Below, piece after piece: positions 17,100 to 26,136 of a stretch of 32,000 nucleotides of DNA. Source of the DNA: Wolbachia endosymbiont of Drosophila innubila (GTDB lineage: Bacteria > Pseudomonadota > Alphaproteobacteria > Rickettsiales > Anaplasmataceae); NCBI RefSeq assembly GCF_021378375.1, contig NZ_CP076228.1, positions 720,001 to 752,000 of the forward strand. Reading direction: 5' to 3'. The position numbers were made by a program, and so were the translations under genes. Numbering within the stretch: position 1 is the first letter of the stretch; each line of letters starts with the position of its first letter. The notes beneath the pieces were generated by a model. The model was not told the origin of the DNA. It did not search any database and was given only the letters and a program-made list of their open reading frames with translations.

Positions 17100-18512
17100 A
17101 TGGTGGAAAGCTTTTCAGGTAACAACAAAGGCAGTAATTTTATTGAGGAGGCAAAAATAATGGAAAATTTTTCAGATAATAACGGAAACGGTAGCTCAAT
17201 CTTCCAAGGAAAAATCAGGGAGCAAGATTGCTCTGCAGAGCAGAAGCTAAATGAACTAAAAGCAGCCATAGAGGAGCTTACCAGACAAGATTTGCTCAGG
17301 AGGCTCGAGTGTGAGCGTCAGGCTTCTAGTTGTATCGATGAAATATCATCTCAAGGAGAGCTACATATCGGAGAAGGTGATGATGAGGATTACTTCACTG
17401 GTGAAAAAGAAAGAGTACTCGGAGATTTCTGGAATTTCTTTGAATCTCTCTTCAACCTTTTTGAAGTAGATGTAGATGATCCGAAAATCTACCAAATGCT
17501 CAAGGAGAAGGAAGAAAAAAACCTGATTGCTGCGATAATGAAGTTTTTGCGTGATAAGCTTAAGGAGTTAATCAAGAAGATTTTTGCACGCGATTTAAGT
17601 TTCAATCAGAAGTTGGACAAAGAGATAAAAGAATTGCAGGAAAAATTAGGCAGTGGTGAGTTATCAGAAGAAGAGTTTGCAAGGGCGTTAGAAAGATTAA
17701 CTGCATTGCAAGATCTGAAACTCAGGTTACAAATGGCCGTTGTCGGATGGATTGTTACAATGTTCGCAGAGATGTTTGGAGTTGAGTTGGCGGCTGCGGT
17801 AGAGGCATCTACAGAAAAAGAAGATAAAAAAGCAGAAAAAACATCATTAGAAACAACTAAAGAAGTTTGCGAAAACGTAGAAATGAAAGTGGATGAAAGA
17901 GAAAAACCTAAAGTGCCAGTTTTCCTTTTTGAAATTTCACCAGGATTTGTAAGACCGGTTGTTCTGAGCAAACCAGAACTTGAAATTGTGTCAGATCCTT
18001 TGAAACATCCATTGCGTCTTGCTGAGCTTGAAAGAAAATATCATGAAAATTCACAAAAACCAGAAAAAGTGAATGAAGAGAAAAAAGCGAAGCCTGAACC
18101 GAAGAAAGAGGTGTGTCCACCGAAACTTCCAGACAAGAAGCCTGTGGCAAGTGGGATAAAAATTAATTTTAATAAAATAAAGAATATTGGTTTCCGAGAA
18201 AGGGATGCGAATACTAGTGTTAATGGAAGAGGAACCACGCCACCCACTAATGGACAAAGAAACAAGCTTGATAATGGGAAGAAAAACGAGTCTGCTAGTT
18301 ATGCAGCAAGCCGTCTGAATGGTAATGTTAATAAGAAAGAAGCGGATAACCTTTACACCGAACTTGCAAAAGAACTTGCCAATTTTAAAATAGGTGTTTG
18401 GAATGGTGCTGAGAATGAAGGTTCTGTGAATGATGCTCAATCACCAAGAGGATTGACTAATGATGTAAAAGTTGAGAAATGTGTAGAAGGTCAATCAGTA
18501 AGAAAGACATAA
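17100..18512 (+). CDS. hypothetical protein, ~470 aa: N-terminal tandem repeat, coiled-coil, hydrophobic segment, Lys/Pro/Glu-rich tail
   Basis: The ATG at 17100 is preceded by GAGGGAAG; the ORF is open from the GTG at 17085. A 20-aa unit is duplicated (MVESFSGNNKGSNFIEEAKI / MENFSDNNGNGSSIFQGKI). Charged helical stretches follow (KEIKELQEKLGSGELSEEEFARALERL), then the hydrophobic MAVVGWIVTMFAEMFGVELAAAV and the low-complexity KPEKVNEEKKAKPEPKKEVCPPKLPDKKP. Confidence 0.7.
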   Translation: MVESFSGNNKGSNFIEEAKIMENFSDNNGNGSSIFQGKIREQDCSAEQKLNELKAAIEELTRQDLLRRLECERQASSCIDEISSQGELHIGEGDDEDYFTGEKERVLGDFWNFFESLFNLFEVDVDDPKIYQMLKEKEEKNLIAAIMKFLRDKLKELIKKIFARDLSFNQKLDKEIKELQEKLGSGELSEEEFARALERLTALQDLKLRLQMAVVGWIVTMFAEMFGVELAAAVEASTEKEDKKAEKTSLETTKEVCENVEMKVDEREKPKVPVFLFEISPGFVRPVVLSKPELEIVSDPLKHPLRLAELERKYHENSQKPEKVNEEKKAKPEPKKEVCPPKLPDKKPVASGIKINFNKIKNIGFRERDANTSVNGRGTTPPTNGQRNKLDNGKKNESASYAASRLNGNVNKKEADNLYTELAKELANFKIGVWNGAENEGSVNDAQSPRGLTNDVKVEKCVEGQSVRKT

Positions 18513-18525
18513 TCGTGAAGGTAGT

Positions 18526-18645
18526 TAGATCCCAGTGTCTGGGCACTGGGATGACACCCTCTTCGATGGAAACCAGCGTCAGCTACTTGGATGACGCCTC
18601 ACCATGTCATTCCAGTGCGTGACGCTGGAATCCAGGAGTATAAAA
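18526..18645. repeat. short palindromic elements (family 2: GATCCCAGTG.CTGGGCACTGGGATGACA / GTCATTCCAGTGCGTGACGCTGGAATCCAGG)
   Basis: Two hairpin-forming units lie immediately after the 470-aa ORF stop. Related copies are at 27598-27765, 7201-7246 and 23643-23672. Confidence 0.75.
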
Positions 18646-18686
18646 ATGACGAATAAAATTTATACTAAAAAATATAAAAAAAGTGC

Positions 18687-18713
18687 TTGCACTACATTTA
18701 TTTTTAGTATATT
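18687..18713 (+). promoter_or_regulatory. possible internal promoter for the 64-aa and 819-aa ORFs
   Basis: TTGCAC, 15 nt, TATATT about 30 nt upstream of the ATG at 18745. The spacer is shorter than optimal, so this is weak. Confidence 0.25.
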
Positions 18714-18744
18714 AGTTGCATAATATTTTTACTTAAGGGTCAAT

Positions 18745-18939
18745 ATGTATAGTAATAATGATAAAAAAGATAGCGATAAAGGGTTTACTCCAAGCAGCAG
18801 GTATGAAAAGTATAGCGGTTCTAATCCGGTAATGCTTGAGGCACGTGAAAGACAGAGACGTGAAAGTAGCAAGCCTGGCTCGCAAATGGAGAGTAGTAGC
18901 TCTACTAGTGCTGGTAGTAGTAAAGGTAAAAGTAAGTAA
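18745..18939 (+). CDS. small Ser/Lys-rich hypothetical protein, 64 aa
   Basis: ATG preceded by AAGGG. The sequence is low-complexity and highly polar (…ESSSSTSAGSSKGKSK). It ends 33 nt before the 819-aa ORF. Coding status is uncertain. Confidence 0.4.
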   Translation: MYSNNDKKDSDKGFTPSSRYEKYSGSNPVMLEARERQRRESSKPGSQMESSSSTSAGSSKGKSK

Positions 18940-18972
18940 TGTTGTTTCATCATAATTTTAGTAGGGGGAGTT

Positions 18973-21432
18973 ATGGGTAATTCTACAAAAGAGCTAGTTA
19001 ACGCATTTAACTTAAATAATTATGGTATCGATAAGGTCAATACTAATTTTACTGTAGAAGGTAAAAGGATTGTTGGTTTATTTGCTAGTGGTACTAATAC
19101 AAAAGAATATCTGCGAAGAATAAGAGAGGAGATAATAAAGCAGCACTACAGTGATGGAACTGAGGTAGCAAGTGAATATTATAACTTAAACTATTTTCCA
19201 TTTGTTCTAGATGCTAATCTTGATAAAGAGGATTTAGGTAATGGCATAGTGAAAGTAAAGCTTGCAGATTCTACAGATAATCGAGTAATTCGTAACTTGA
19301 AGGTTCATTTTGCTAATGAGTTTGAGGGGGCTGTGAGATCTAAAGTGGCTGCACTTCTACAAGAATTAGTAGGAATAACGAAGGAACAAGCATATGAATG
19401 GGTCAATGGAACTGTTGGAACAGGAGCGATAGGTAGTCCTTATCTATACTGTATAGCTTTTAGCAACGAGTACCTCGAAAAAAGGTATAATTCGAGGATT
19501 TTTGAGCTATTGAAGAGTCTTTATATCAGTGAATTTAACTCAAGATTAGAGGCGTGTGGTCTTAAGAGTTCAAACTTTTATGAATATAAAGATGGTATGT
19601 TATACATTAAAAATGTGAGTGATAAGGTAGTCAGGAGTGTAACAGAATATGTTAAAGGGCGAGTAGCGCTTGATTTTAGAACTCCAGGCAGCGTAGAGTC
19701 TAAAGTTAAAAATTGTAAAAATGTTTTGAGTGAACTAATTCTTAAAGCGACAGGAAAGTTTGTTGACGGGTATGATTATGATGACTTTACAAACAAAAAC
19801 AAAATAAAGAATGGGCATAGTTTTGCTCTTATACCTTTTATAGAAGAGAATGGTCAGTTGAAATCTTTAAGTTCTAGGGATGCATCAAAGATTAAAGGAG
19901 GAATATTTAATGATTTTCATTGTATAAGTGATATTAGAGGCAAAACTGCAAATCCACAATTTGCTAATTGTAAAGAGCCAGTTTATGCTTTCTCTAATAA
20001 GCAGATTGCTCAGTTACTTCCTAAAATTATGGGGTCTCCAATTGCATATAATCAAATAAACGGACGTTTTGAATTTGCAGTTGATCTTGAGAATTTTAAG
20101 AGACGTAGCTCGAGTCGATCCTCCTCAACGGTAACTTCTCCACTCAATTCTCCTACACATGCAGAGCGACCAAGAACACCGCTTGAACAAACTGGAGCTA
20201 GGTTTTTTGAATCTAGAGGAGACAGAGATAGTGGTCTTGATGATTCACCTCCACAACTTAAGGATTCTGGTTCTTCAAGTGGTGGTCCAAGTTCTGGCTT
20301 AACTGAATTGTCATCACCGACACAGAAGTTTCCCAAGCGAAGTCGTGGTGAAGGGTTAGAGAGGCTTCTCAGGCAAGGATCAGAAAGAGAGGAAGGAAAA
20401 GGGGGGCTGTTTCAGTTGGTGCCGGGGGAAATAGATTCAAGTCAATCCACTGGTGATCAATCACAGCTATCTTTGAGTAGATCATCATCGATTTCTTCTC
20501 CTATAGCATGGGATGATTCAACATTCTTAAATCCTGAGGTTTCTAATGAGGAACCTAAAAAACAGCAAGTTACTAAGGAAAAGGAAGAAGAAAAGTTGTT
20601 TAAAGCATTGCTTTATTGGTTTAACTTAAATAATTATGCTTTGGATCCTCCTCATACTAACTTTATTGTAAAAAATGGGAAGATTGCTAGTTTAATTGAT
20701 GATAGTGTTGATGTAAAAGAGTATTTAGAGGAGATAATAGATAAAACGAAAGAAGAGTATTGTGTCAATAAGGAAGAAGCCTATGATCTCAATGAGTTTC
20801 CATTTCAATTTCTTTCTAATTGTGAGAAAAACCAAGAAACAACAGTTGTTGCTAATATAAGTCGTGGTGCCTTACTTAACTTAAAAGAACTTTTTAGTCG
20901 GGAGCATGAGGGAAAAGTAGAAATAAAAGATATCGACATTAACATCGTCGAAAAGGCAGTGAAATCTGAAAAGGACAAATGGGTAAATTTTCAGGTGCAA
21001 GAACATGGGTTATCCCCTAAAAAAGCAATTAAAACCTGTTATCCCGATGAAAGCGTATTAGAATATATTTCAATTACAAAAGACAAAGGTGGATACTGGA
21101 TTAACCGTGATTATGATGGTTCGGAAGTAGAGTCGTTTAGGAAAGAGCAATGGCCTGCTAAAGGTACGTCAAAAGCTGAAAAGATGAAGTCCGAAGATAA
21201 TAAAGGCAGCGGTATCTCTTCAGCGGAGGCGACTGATGCTGAAAACGTAAGCTCTAAAGCTGAGGCAACAACAAGTGGTTATGAGTCTATGGATTGTGAG
21301 AATACTAGAGGAGGATCGCCAAAACGTACTCTAGAGTTGAGTGTGGGAATGGAAGAATTGACAATATCCACAGACCTGTATGCCACTAAGGCCGAGCAGC
21401 ACTCTTCCATAAAAAAATTTAGAAGCAATTGA
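18973..21432 (+). CDS. hypothetical protein, 819 aa: two copies of a ~110-aa module separated by a Ser/Pro-rich disordered linker
   Basis: Strong RBS AGGGGGAG 5 nt upstream of the ATG. Module 1 (FNLNNYGIDKVNTNFTVEGKRIVGLF...KEYLRRIREEI...YNLNYFPF) repeats as module 2 (FNLNNYALDPPHTNFIVKNGKIASLI...KEYLEEIIDKT...YDLNEFPF). The linker is RRSSSRSSSTVTSPLNSPTHAERPRTPLE...SSSGGPSSGLTELSSPTQKFPKRSRGEG...SLSRSSSISSP. Confidence 0.8.
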   Translation: MGNSTKELVNAFNLNNYGIDKVNTNFTVEGKRIVGLFASGTNTKEYLRRIREEIIKQHYSDGTEVASEYYNLNYFPFVLDANLDKEDLGNGIVKVKLADSTDNRVIRNLKVHFANEFEGAVRSKVAALLQELVGITKEQAYEWVNGTVGTGAIGSPYLYCIAFSNEYLEKRYNSRIFELLKSLYISEFNSRLEACGLKSSNFYEYKDGMLYIKNVSDKVVRSVTEYVKGRVALDFRTPGSVESKVKNCKNVLSELILKATGKFVDGYDYDDFTNKNKIKNGHSFALIPFIEENGQLKSLSSRDASKIKGGIFNDFHCISDIRGKTANPQFANCKEPVYAFSNKQIAQLLPKIMGSPIAYNQINGRFEFAVDLENFKRRSSSRSSSTVTSPLNSPTHAERPRTPLEQTGARFFESRGDRDSGLDDSPPQLKDSGSSSGGPSSGLTELSSPTQKFPKRSRGEGLERLLRQGSEREEGKGGLFQLVPGEIDSSQSTGDQSQLSLSRSSSISSPIAWDDSTFLNPEVSNEEPKKQQVTKEKEEEKLFKALLYWFNLNNYALDPPHTNFIVKNGKIASLIDDSVDVKEYLEEIIDKTKEEYCVNKEEAYDLNEFPFQFLSNCEKNQETTVVANISRGALLNLKELFSREHEGKVEIKDIDINIVEKAVKSEKDKWVNFQVQEHGLSPKKAIKTCYPDESVLEYISITKDKGGYWINRDYDGSEVESFRKEQWPAKGTSKAEKMKSEDNKGSGISSAEATDAENVSSKAEATTSGYESMDCENTRGGSPKRTLELSVGMEELTISTDLYATKAEQHSSIKKFRSN

Positions 21433-21467
21433 TCTAATCCACCGCTCTCAGCCACCTAAGCGTTTTA

Positions 21468-21497
21468 TTAGGGTTAGGGCAAAGTCCCTGACCCTAA
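21468..21497. terminator. strong hairpin downstream of the 819-aa ORF (possible terminator or insulator; not canonical)
   Basis: TTAGGGTTAGGG caaagt CCCTGACCCTAA forms a 12-bp stem with one G-U pair and a 6-nt loop. No U-run follows immediately on either strand. Confidence 0.3.
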
Positions 21498-21541
21498 AGG
21501 CACTGGTGTTAGTTTTTCTCATCCATTGTAGATATTGCGCG

Positions 21542-21606
21542 GTACTAAATGTTTAAAAAGTATTAATATAAAAATATCAATAAAATTATTTATATTTTTA
21601 TACTAT
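21542..21606 (-). repeat. right arm of the ~65-bp inverted repeat bounding the orphan-gene cassette
   Basis: The reverse complement reads ATAGTATAAAAATATAAATAATTTTATTGATATTTTTATATTAATACTTTTTAAACATTTAGTAC, homologous to 16996-17060. The -35-like hexamer is degraded to TTGATA. Confidence 0.7.
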
Positions 21607-21633
21607 GCACATTACATCATGTGTTATTTAACC

Positions 21634-23541
21634 TTACAATAATTTTTTTATTCTTGCTGCTTCTTCAAATTCTAAATTTTCAGCATGCTCTATCATTTGC
21701 TTTCTCAAATCATCCTTATTAGTATTTACTTTCGGTTCTGCTATTGCCCTCTCCTGTAAGGTGTTTGATATAGGTTTTATTATAGTCTTTGGGACAATAT
21801 TGTGCAATATATTATGTTCTTCTTGTTTTTTTTTTCTTCTTTCGGTCTCTCTTAATGCGCGGTCCAGAGAACCAGTGATTTTATCTGCATACAAAATTAC
21901 TCTACCTTCAGCATTACGCGCAGCACGACCAATCGTTTGAATTAATGAAGTTTCCGATCGCAAAAATCCTTCTTTATCAGCATCCAAAATTGCAACCAAC
22001 CCACACTCTGGAATATCAAGACCTTCCCTCAGCAAGTTAACACCTACTAAAACATCGATTTCTTTAGATCTCAATTTGTATATAATTTCTATTCTCTCCA
22101 GCGCAGCAATATCAGAATGCAAATAACTCACTCTCATATTCATTTCACTCATATATTCAGCTAAATTTTCAGCCATTTTTTTCGTCAATGTAGTGATTAA
22201 AACACAAAATCCCTTCCCTATTGTCACTTGTGCCTCATGAATTACATCATCAATTTGACTCTCTATTGGTTTTACAATGCAGATTGGGTCCGTAAGCCCT
22301 GTTGGACGGATAACTTGCTCTATAAATACATTACTGGTCTTTGCCAACTCATACTTTCCGGGAGTGGCTGAAATGTAAACAGTCTGCGGCCTAACTCCCT
22401 CCCACTCTTCAAATTTTAATGGACGATTATCAAAAGCGGAAGGGAGCCTGAAGCCATAGTCAATCAATTTCTTTTTACGCGCCTCATTACCACTGTACAT
22501 CGCACCAACCTGAGGAACGGTGACATGACTCTCATCAACAAATAAAATTACGTCTTTAGGTAAATATTCAAACAAAGTAGGTGGTGGATCCCCAGCTTCC
22601 ATTCCATAGAGATAACGCGAATAATTTTCAATACCTTTACATATTCCTGTTGTTCTCATCATTTCGATATCAAAATTAGTGCGTTGCTCGAGGCGCTTTG
22701 CTTCAACAATCTTGTTTTGCGAGTAGTAATAATCCAAGCGTTCATGCAGCTCTTTTTTGACTAGTTCAATTGCCTGCAACAAAGCCTCACGCGGGGTTAT
22801 GTAATAGCTATTTGGAAAAATGGTGATTTTATTTACGCCTTTGGTAACATTGCCCGTTATAGCATCAACTTCAGAAATTTCTTCTATTTCATCGCCAAAT
22901 AACGATAAACGCCAAGCTTTATTTTCATAATGGGAAGGAAATATATCAACAATATCGCCGCGCACTCTGAAATATCCTCTCTCAAACCTGGCATCAGAGC
23001 GCTTGTATTGAAGATCAGTTAAGTTGCTCAGGAAATCATTAATACGAATTTTATTTCCAACACTAAGCGGTATGATCATGCTGCGGTAGCTCTCAGGCGA
23101 ACCAAGACCGTATATGCAGGAAACACTGGCAACTACGATCGTATCCCTGCGCTCCAAAAGGGAGCAGACGGTGGAATAACGCAGCATCTCAATTCTTTCG
23201 TTAATTGCAGAATCTTTTTCGATATAAGTATCAGTTTGTGGTAAATAGGCTTCAGGTTGATAATAATCATAATAAGAAATGAAGTATTCAACAGCATTAT
23301 GGGGAAACAATCCTTTCATTTCCTCATAAAGCTGTGCTGCTAAAGTTTTATTGTGTGCCATAATTAATGCAGGCCTGTTTGTCCTTGCAATAACATTTGC
23401 CATAGTAAAAGTTTTCCCAGAACCAGTAACTCCAAGCAAAACTTGGTCTCTTTTATTGCTATTTAGCCCCGCAATTAAACTATCGATTGCCTGCGGTTGA
23501 TCTCCAGCAGGTTGAAAATGTGTAGTGATTTGAAATTTCAT
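21634..23541 (-). CDS. uvrB: excinuclease ABC subunit B
   Basis: 635 aa with Walker [11 protein letters not shown], helicase motifs ([22 protein letters not shown]), the beta-hairpin region [10 protein letters not shown] and the C-terminal UVR motif EFEEAARIK. Confidence 0.95.
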   Translation of the reverse strand: MKFQITTHFQPAGDQPQAIDSLIAGLNSNKRDQVLLGVTGSGKTFTMANVIARTNRPALIMAHNKTLAAQLYEEMKGLFPHNAVEYFISYYDYYQPEAYLPQTDTYIEKDSAINERIEMLRYSTVCSLLERRDTIVVASVSCIYGLGSPESYRSMIIPLSVGNKIRINDFLSNLTDLQYKRSDARFERGYFRVRGDIVDIFPSHYENKAWRLSLFGDEIEEISEVDAITGNVTKGVNKITIFPNSYYITPREALLQAIELVKKELHERLDYYYSQNKIVEAKRLEQRTNFDIEMMRTTGICKGIENYSRYLYGMEAGDPPPTLFEYLPKDVILFVDESHVTVPQVGAMYSGNEARKKKLIDYGFRLPSAFDNRPLKFEEWEGVRPQTVYISATPGKYELAKTSNVFIEQVIRPTGLTDPICIVKPIESQIDDVIHEAQVTIGKGFCVLITTLTKKMAENLAEYMSEMNMRVSYLHSDIAALERIEIIYKLRSKEIDVLVGVNLLREGLDIPECGLVAILDADKEGFLRSETSLIQTIGRAARNAEGRVILYADKITGSLDRALRETERRKKKQEEHNILHNIVPKTIIKPISNTLQERAIAEPKVNTNKDDLRKQMIEHAENLEFEEAARIKKLL

Positions 23542-23935
23542 AGACTTTACTTACTATCTTTGATTCATTGCATAGTGAACACTATATTGCTTTTAAGATA
23601 AGTTGTATAGCTATCGTAAAGCCATAAAACATTAACCAACAATGTCATGCAAGTAGCTGACACTGGAATCTTGTTTCAATGTTAAACAAAATACCATAGA
23701 ATTCAAGAAGACAATTCCTAAAAAATCCCTACATCCAAAAAAAGGCAAAATGCTGCTTGAATAAGCTAAATTTTTTTAGATGCAAAAACAATAAAACATA
23801 GTTGATACTAAATTATAGTACTCCTATGACAACGTTACAAAAATTAAGGAAATGGATAGCTCTGATCAATTGGAATAGTATTTTCAGGTACCGGTGGTCA
23901 ATATGACATTTTTAAAATAAAGATTTAGAACCTGT

Positions 23936-24249
23936 TTAAAATCTTCTCAATAGAAGAGAAATGAAGGAAAGAACGACCATTTGCAGGCTAGTGTTAAGTT
24001 TTCGCTCGCAATTTTTCCACAATCGTCTGCATTTTTCTAACCAAGCGAAAGATCGCTCTACAACCCATCTTTGTGGCAATACAGCAAAGGAATGTAATTC
24101 ACTTCGTTTTATTACTTCTACAGTTGCTCCAATAATCGTTTTTATTTGAGTTGCAAAATTTTCTCCTGTATAACCTGCATCGACCAGTATATTTTTAACT
24201 TCCGAGAGGTTTTCTTTTGCGCTTTCAACCATTCTCACAGCACTGCTAA
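23936..24249 (-). pseudogene. IS4/IS5-superfamily transposase, C-terminal fragment only
   Basis: DAGYTGENF...RWVVERSFAWLEKCRRLWKNCE is the DDE C-terminal region. The N-terminal part is missing, cut off at the left end of the IS982-like element. Confidence 0.8.
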
Positions 24250-25186
24250 CCCCAGTTGTAAATTAGAAAAAATAGAAAAGGTAAGGAAATAGGGTAAACT
24301 CCGAGGTATTTGATATTCATTCCTAAAATAGGAGGTTACCAATGAAAGAGAAAGTAACAGAAATCTTTTGTATAGTCGATGATTTTTGCAATACAGTCGA
24401 TGAAAATTTTGCAGAAAAACTTCTACCAAGTGGCAAAAAACCAACCAGGACGCCAGAGATTACGCATTCAGAGATTTTTACCATAATATTGCTATATCAA
24501 GTGCGACAATTTTAAAATTTTCTATGTGCATTATTTGAAATTATTATACGAATCAGCGTTTCCAAAATTGCCATCCTATAGTAGGTTTATCAGGCTAAAA
24601 TCGCAGGTTTTATGGTATTTAGCGCTCTTAATGCAATGGTTTTGCGAACAGTCAAAAGTGACAGGGATTTCGTACATAATCTATCGCTGTTTGCCATCCA
24701 AAAAGGACCTCGAGAAACAAAGTTTTCAAAGGGTTGGCAAAGATTGGAAAGACTACTTATGGGTGGTTTTTCGGTACATCTAGTAATCAACGAAACTGGC
24801 GAAATTCAAGGGGTTACGGTGACAAAAGGCAACGTTGATACCTGTGCCAAATTTAACTCAGAAATTGACTGGATTATTGTTTAGAGATAAAGGATATATC
24901 AAAAAAGATCTTTTTCACGAATTATTCGATAGAGGGTTAAAGCTTGTAACCAGTATAAAAAGGGTATGAAAAACTCATTAATGGTGCTAAATGAGAAGAT
25001 TTTGTTAAGAAAAAGATCGATTATTGAGACAGTTTTTGGCTCTCTGAAAAACAAATTTGAGATTGAGCATACTCGCCACAGATCACCGATAAATTTTTTG
25101 GTACACATTTTTTCTACGCTTGTTTCATATTCCATGCAGCCGCTGCATTTCTAAGCTTTACTTCGTTGGCTAATCCGCAACTGGGG
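24250..25186 (+). mobile_element. IS982-family element, transposase multiply frameshifted (degenerate)
   Basis: Ends CCCCAGTTGTAAATTAG (24250) and, reverse-complemented, CCCCAGTTGCGGATTAG (ending 25186). The internal frames read MKEKVTEIFCIVDDFCN (ATG near 24341), FPKLPSYSRFIRL, GFSVHLVINETGEIQGVTVTKGNVD and IIETVFGSLKNKFEIEHTRHRS. These are IS982-type motifs spread over three frames. Confidence 0.8.
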
Positions 25187-25450
25187 TATATAGGGTTGAC
25201 ACCAAGGCAATATTCTTCTGGAAAAGTTGATCGGCATGGCAGCATATCAAAGATGGGACCAGCGGAATGTAGAAGTATGTTATATGAAGCTGCACAAACA
25301 ATGCTTACAGTTACCAAGAGGACATTTAAATTAAAAAACTGGGGTTGCGAAGAAAAAAGGAATGAAAAAAGCAATTGTAGCAGTAGCAAGAAAATTAGCT
25401 GTAATTATGCATAGGATGTTGGTTGATAAAACAGAATTTTATTATCAATA
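25187..25450 (+). pseudogene. IS110-family transposase, C-terminal fragment, frameshifted
   Basis: GLTPRQYSSGKVDRHGSISKMGPAECRSMLYEAA, then after a frameshift in an A-run, KKAIVAVARKLAVIMHRMLVDKTEFY*. This is the typical IS110 C-terminal domain. The N-terminus is absent. Confidence 0.75.
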
Positions 25451-25758
25451 AACATCAAAAGAGCATAGGACAATAATTTTATTGAAAATAAAGATAGCAA
25501 TGCCGATGGAAGGGACAAGCAAGAACTTAGTTAGACTTCGTGGTAAACATGTTACCGTCCACTTCCGCCTAACAAGTATAATGCGGCTTGACAAGTTTAT
25601 TGTCATCTCAGACCGCGGAGAGAACCATATGCTACTTTTCACTTATGTAAAATTACCAAGGATTATGGAGAAGATATGCTGTTTTGATTTGTGTGAAAAT
25701 TATTGTTGACTTATGTGCAATTAGAGAACCTAAGTCACTTTAGCTATATATAAAAGGT

Positions 25759-26136
25759 TTAAGTGGTTGTATTGATGTATCTTTGTATTAAAAAACACCC
25801 AATAAGCAGAGTTGTAAGTGGAATAAACCACAAAATGTAAGTGCTAGGTGGTACGATTATAATTGAATTGCCGTAAGAATTTTTTAACTCTGAGATTATC
25901 TCTTCATCAGTGTATCCATCATTGATTTTTTTACGAATTGCTTCTCGCATATCATACGCGATCTGAGATCCAGATTCAGACAATGATTCGCCAGAACATA
26001 TTGGACACCTTATTATTTCAAATAAACTGGTTGCTCGTTTTTCCATGCTTTTATCTCTGAGTTTATTATCCAGAGTAAAAGCGTTTACGCCTGAGTGGAA
26101 TATCAATATGAAAAGTAAGCTAATTACTATTCTCAT
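25759..26136 (-). CDS. ccmH: cytochrome c-type biogenesis protein CcmH/CycL
   Basis: 125 aa with a signal-like N-terminus, the motif RCPICSGESLSESGSQIAYDMR (C-x-x-C heme-handling) and a C-terminal TM helix. Confidence 0.88.
   Translation of the reverse strand: MRIVISLLFILIFHSGVNAFTLDNKLRDKSMEKRATSLFEIIRCPICSGESLSESGSQIAYDMREAIRKKINDGYTDEEIISELKNSYGNSIIIVPPSTYILWFIPLTTLLIGCFLIQRYINTTT

Noticed and set aside
18973-18993. N-terminal MGNSTK as a eukaryotic N-myristoylation signal
   Set aside because: Gly2 is present, but the residue five positions after Gly is Lys rather than a small residue such as Ser or Thr. It therefore fails the usual G-x-x-x-(S/T) pattern.
17085-21432. Two-gene module considered as a cifA/cifB-like cytoplasmic incompatibility operon
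   Set aside because: The first product has a CifA-like length. However, neither protein resembles the CifA/CifB sequences I remember, the second is much shorter than CifB, and I see no nuclease or Ulp1-type motifs and no prophage context. Remote homology cannot be excluded without HHpred.
24235-24444. 69-aa minus-strand ORF spanning the left end of the IS982-like element
   Set aside because: It crosses the junction between two unrelated IS fragments and is antisense to the IS982 transposase N-terminus, so it is spurious.
25445-25709. Overlapping ORFs of 65 aa (minus) and 75 aa (plus) after the IS110 fragment
   Set aside because: They are mutually antisense, lack RBS-like sequence and motifs, and lie in probable IS110 3' non-coding or decayed DNA.
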